NCBI RefSeq assembly: GCF_023055435.1
Contig: NW_025963791.1
Coordinates: forward strand, 27,218,001-27,282,000
Direction: 5' to 3'
DNA length: 64,000 nucleotides
Source: Haliotis rufescens
Lineage: Eukaryota
Shown: positions 61,082 through 64,000 of the stretch, piece after piece
Layout: the number at the start of each line of letters is the position of its first letter
Position numbering within the stretch: position 1 is the stretch's first letter
The notes under the pieces: model-generated
The model's database searches: none
What the model was told of the DNA's origin: nothing
What the model saw: only the letters and a program-made list of their open reading frames with translations
Made by a program: the position numbers and the translations under genes

Positions 61082-61667
61082 CCAGAGACTCCCATTATTG
61101 TAGAACAGAAAACATAATAACAAAACAAACAAAGCGGCAAGGGATATGTTTGACTTCACAATCAACCTGACAATAACAAGTTACTAGCTTGTTAAATACT
61201 GGCATCTCCATGTGTTGTCAAGGACGTGTAAAAGTGAGTGTGTGAATAAGTGAATAATTCACATCGGCAGTATGTCTGCCAATATTGGCAACATGCTATT
61301 CAATAATAATAAATACATTTAGAATATTTAAAACCTGTCGGCAAAGGACGGTTAAGTAAAATAGATTACCACAGAGATGTATTGAAAACCAGTATTTAAC
61401 CATGAAAAGATATGACCATACATAACAATCAATAGAAACGGGCTTGAATTTAAGCTTCGGTCCGGATGAATCGGCCTACCTTGTTTTCCGAGGTGTGAGC
61501 GTGACGAGGAAGTGCGGAGTTTCTGTATTCTGTCATGCATAGCTAATGTCACTCAAAGATAACAATAAGACCTATCCCTTTCATATATAAATGATGCCTC
61601 CCAGGGAGAAAATACAAGGATATGATATTTTATAGCTTAAAGGGGAAAACAAATATATTATGTATGT

Positions 61668-61938
61668 GACCTGAGAAGATCCGGGTAGAGAATAGGTCTT
61701 CAGCAACCCATGCTTGCCGTACCTGGCCACTATGCTTGTTGTAAGAGGCGACTAACGGGATCGGGTGTCCAGGGTCGTTGACTTAGATGATGCATGTCAT
61801 CGTATCCCAATTTCGTAGATCGATGCTCATGATATCAATCCCTGGATTGTCTGGTCCAGACTCGATTATATACAGACCGCCGTCATATAGCTGGAATATT
61901 GCTGAGTGCGGCGTGAAACAACAAACAAACAAACAAAC
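61668..61938 (+). mobile_element. SINE family B, full length
   Basis: Family B head, body and (AAAC)n tail; TSD-like TATTATG(T/C)ATGT. Confidence 0.88.
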
Positions 61939-62173
61939 TATTATGCATGTTCCTAAAAGAAAAAGAAAGTGATCAAACGGAGCCAAATTCATAGCACTTT
62001 TTGATGTTTTTACTTGCATTCTAGAAATTGTAACGTTTCCTAATTTAAACTGTCACTAGGAATAGTTAATCATTTGGGCAGGCGCGCGAACACCCTTGGA
62101 GTAACTAAAAGCTGCGACAGATTACAGGGGTGATGAGGTTTTGATCATCGTCCTCTCGGACCATAGGGTTGTG

Positions 62174-62345
62174 GGGGCGGTCGGGTAGCCTTGTAGTTAA
62201 ATCGTTCGCTCGTGACGCCGAAGACCCGGGTTCGAATCCCGACATGGGTACATTGTGTGAAGCCCATTTCTGGTGTCCCCCGCCGTGATATTTCTGGAAT
62301 ATTGCTAAACGCGGCGTAAAACCATACTCACTCACTCACTCACTC
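62174..62345 (+). mobile_element. SINE family A, full length
   Basis: TSD CATAGGGTTGTG. Confidence 0.9.
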
Positions 62346-62371
62346 ATAGGGTTGTGTGATGTCCAAGCCAT

Positions 62372-62510
62372 NNNNNNNNNNNNNNNNNNNNNNNNNNNNN
62401 NNNNNNNNNNNNNNNNNNNNNNNNNNNNNNNNNNNNNNNNNNNNNNNNNNNNNNNNNNNNNNNNNNNNNNNNNNNNNNNNNNNNNNNNNNNNNNNNNNNN
62501 NNNNNNNNNN
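62372..62510. other. Assembly gap (N run)
   Basis: Run of n characters. Confidence 1.
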
Positions 62511-62559
62511 ATCTCATGCATCTTTCTCTGTACCATTCTTTAAATTATTATTTTATTTC

Positions 62560-63450
62560 TTTTTTGGAGTACACAAACAATAAGTTTAATACAGTTCACA
62601 TGCAACCTTAACTACCTTCACATTACAAAGTATATCTATGGATAAAAACAAACAAAACTATTCCAGTGGCAGGATGGCAAGACATCATGGTTGGAGAAAA
62701 TGGTGACAGAGTGACCCAAATTTTGTGAACTGTGTGTATTTACATTGTGACTATGATATATTTCTGTCGATGTAATATGAGTTGGTTATTTCAGGTTTCA
62801 TGTGTTGGAAATTTGGTAGGGAGTCGGAAATATTTTATTTTAATATATAAAATTATCAATTTTGAAAATCCCAGTTTTGTCTTTGATCCATATTGCAAAG
62901 ATGTTCCAGACATGTTTTACAATATCACGGTCAAAGACTGCATCAAGGTTAGTTTTTCTCGTTTACAAAAATTGCAAAGAAATAATTCTTTATATCCAAT
63001 TTTGTACAGCAACTCGTTTGTTGGTATAATTCTATGAATAATACTGTATTGGAACTATTTTTGTTTTGAGGGAATATATCTGTGGGGGTTACGATAAATC
63101 GTTTGCCAATATTTTTCCGTCATGTTAAGGGCAAAATCTAGTTCCCATCTTTGAATGTAAGTTCTCAAGGAAATATGGCATTAAGGGGCATATAAAACCT
63201 TGATGTTAGGGATATATTCTATTGCTTGACATATTGTTTTATTGCTTGCATAAGACTAGAATATTCCAGAAAACGTGTTTTACAATCGTATCTCTGTTTT
63301 AGGTCTAACAGATCTAGAATATTTCCACCCTCGTCTATCAAATCATTTATAAGATTAATACCTTTTCCCGTGTATATAAAATACCGGAGTGTTCCCATAT
63401 ATTCGTATTTTGCCATAAAGGTTGGGATAATATATCTTTTTCCTCTTTGA
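62560..63450 (-). mobile_element. Degraded L1/Tx1-type LINE ORF2 C-terminal fragment
   Basis: Minus-strand peptides KGINLINDLIDEGGNILDLLDLKQRYDCKTRFLEYSSLMQAI and FQYSIIHRIIPTNELLYKIG...CNFC (zf-RVT-like region), with stops and frameshifts; boundaries approximate. Confidence 0.7.
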
Positions 63451-63700
63451 TAGAATTTCTTTTTATCTACTTATGGTGGCTATCGTCTGTCTTTATCACA
63501 GTTTGACTGGATAATGCATTGTTACACCTGAAACAGGAAGCGTCGAACCTGCAGGTATACACACGTATATACTGGTAGATCGGTGTCGAGTGACAGATGT
63601 CCTTCATGGATCTGATAGTTTGTGTTTCTCAGATTCTTCACTTCATCCTGACTGAAAATATCAGAGGTTATAACTGCAAAGGTCATCAAATCTCCCAAGG

Positions 63701-64000
63701 TGTCTTATACCAGAGCCCTTATACCCTGTCTTTGTCTTATACCAGAGCCCTTATACCCCGCCTGTGTCTTATACCAGAGCCCTTATACCCTGTCTGTGTC
63801 TTATATCAGAGCCCTTATACCCCGCCTGTGTCTTATACCAGAGCCCTTATACCCTGTCTGTGTCTTATACCAGAGCCCTTATACCCCGCCTGTGTCTTAT
63901 ACCAGAGCCCTTATACCCTGTCTGCGTCTTATACCAGAGCCCTTATACCTCGTCTGTGTCTTACACCAGAGCCCTTATACCCTGTCTGTGTCTTATACCA
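63701..64000. repeat. 32-bp minisatellite, >=9 copies, runs off the window
   Basis: Unit TGTCTTATACCAGAGCCCTTATACCC(TGT/CGC)CTG; variants alternate. Confidence 0.97.

Noticed and set aside
61783-62019. Recurrent peptide [31 protein letters not shown] in many short ORFs
   Set aside because: Translation of the non-coding SINE-B body; frames are not conserved among copies.
63524-63651. Possible minus-strand exon after TATTTTCAG
   Set aside because: The ~42-codon frame has no recognisable homology and no partner exons in the window.
63701-64000. CRISPR-like array (also considered for 4362-4477)
   Set aside because: Units are contiguous with no unique spacers, there are no cas genes, and the context is eukaryotic.

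Overview
Eukaryotic, repeat-rich invertebrate genomic DNA. The SINE repertoire looks molluscan, possibly abalone-like (inference, not verified). There are two N gaps. Protein genes: three intronless CYP2-clan cytochrome P450s (13.4-21.4 kb; two head-to-head, the third with atypical catalytic motifs); a ZBED1-like domesticated hAT transposase (24.7-26.7 kb, minus); and a tandem pair of 9-exon PhzF/PBLD-family genes (33.8-41.2 kb intact, 299 aa; 42.3-48.9 kb pseudogenised and patchily homogenised with the first). One tRNA-Phe(GAA) gene lies at 49.5 kb. The rest is largely mobile DNA: four SINE families sharing a covarying 3' hairpin tail, an internally deleted mariner, several MITE families, an L1/Tx1 3' fragment and minisatellites. 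Most notable: (i) a non-tRNA SINE head with a fixed 5' end and compensatory base changes, a candidate novel ribozyme or structured RNA; (ii) an intact P450 lacking the I-helix Thr and two heme-propionate ligands; (iii) 23-30 bp palindromes with 7-bp TSDs that fit P-element excision footprints; (iv) a U3-A8 minimal hammerhead-like motif; (v) a possible P450 + PhzF-isomerase metabolic neighbourhood. All coordinates and identities were counted by hand, so small offsets are possible.
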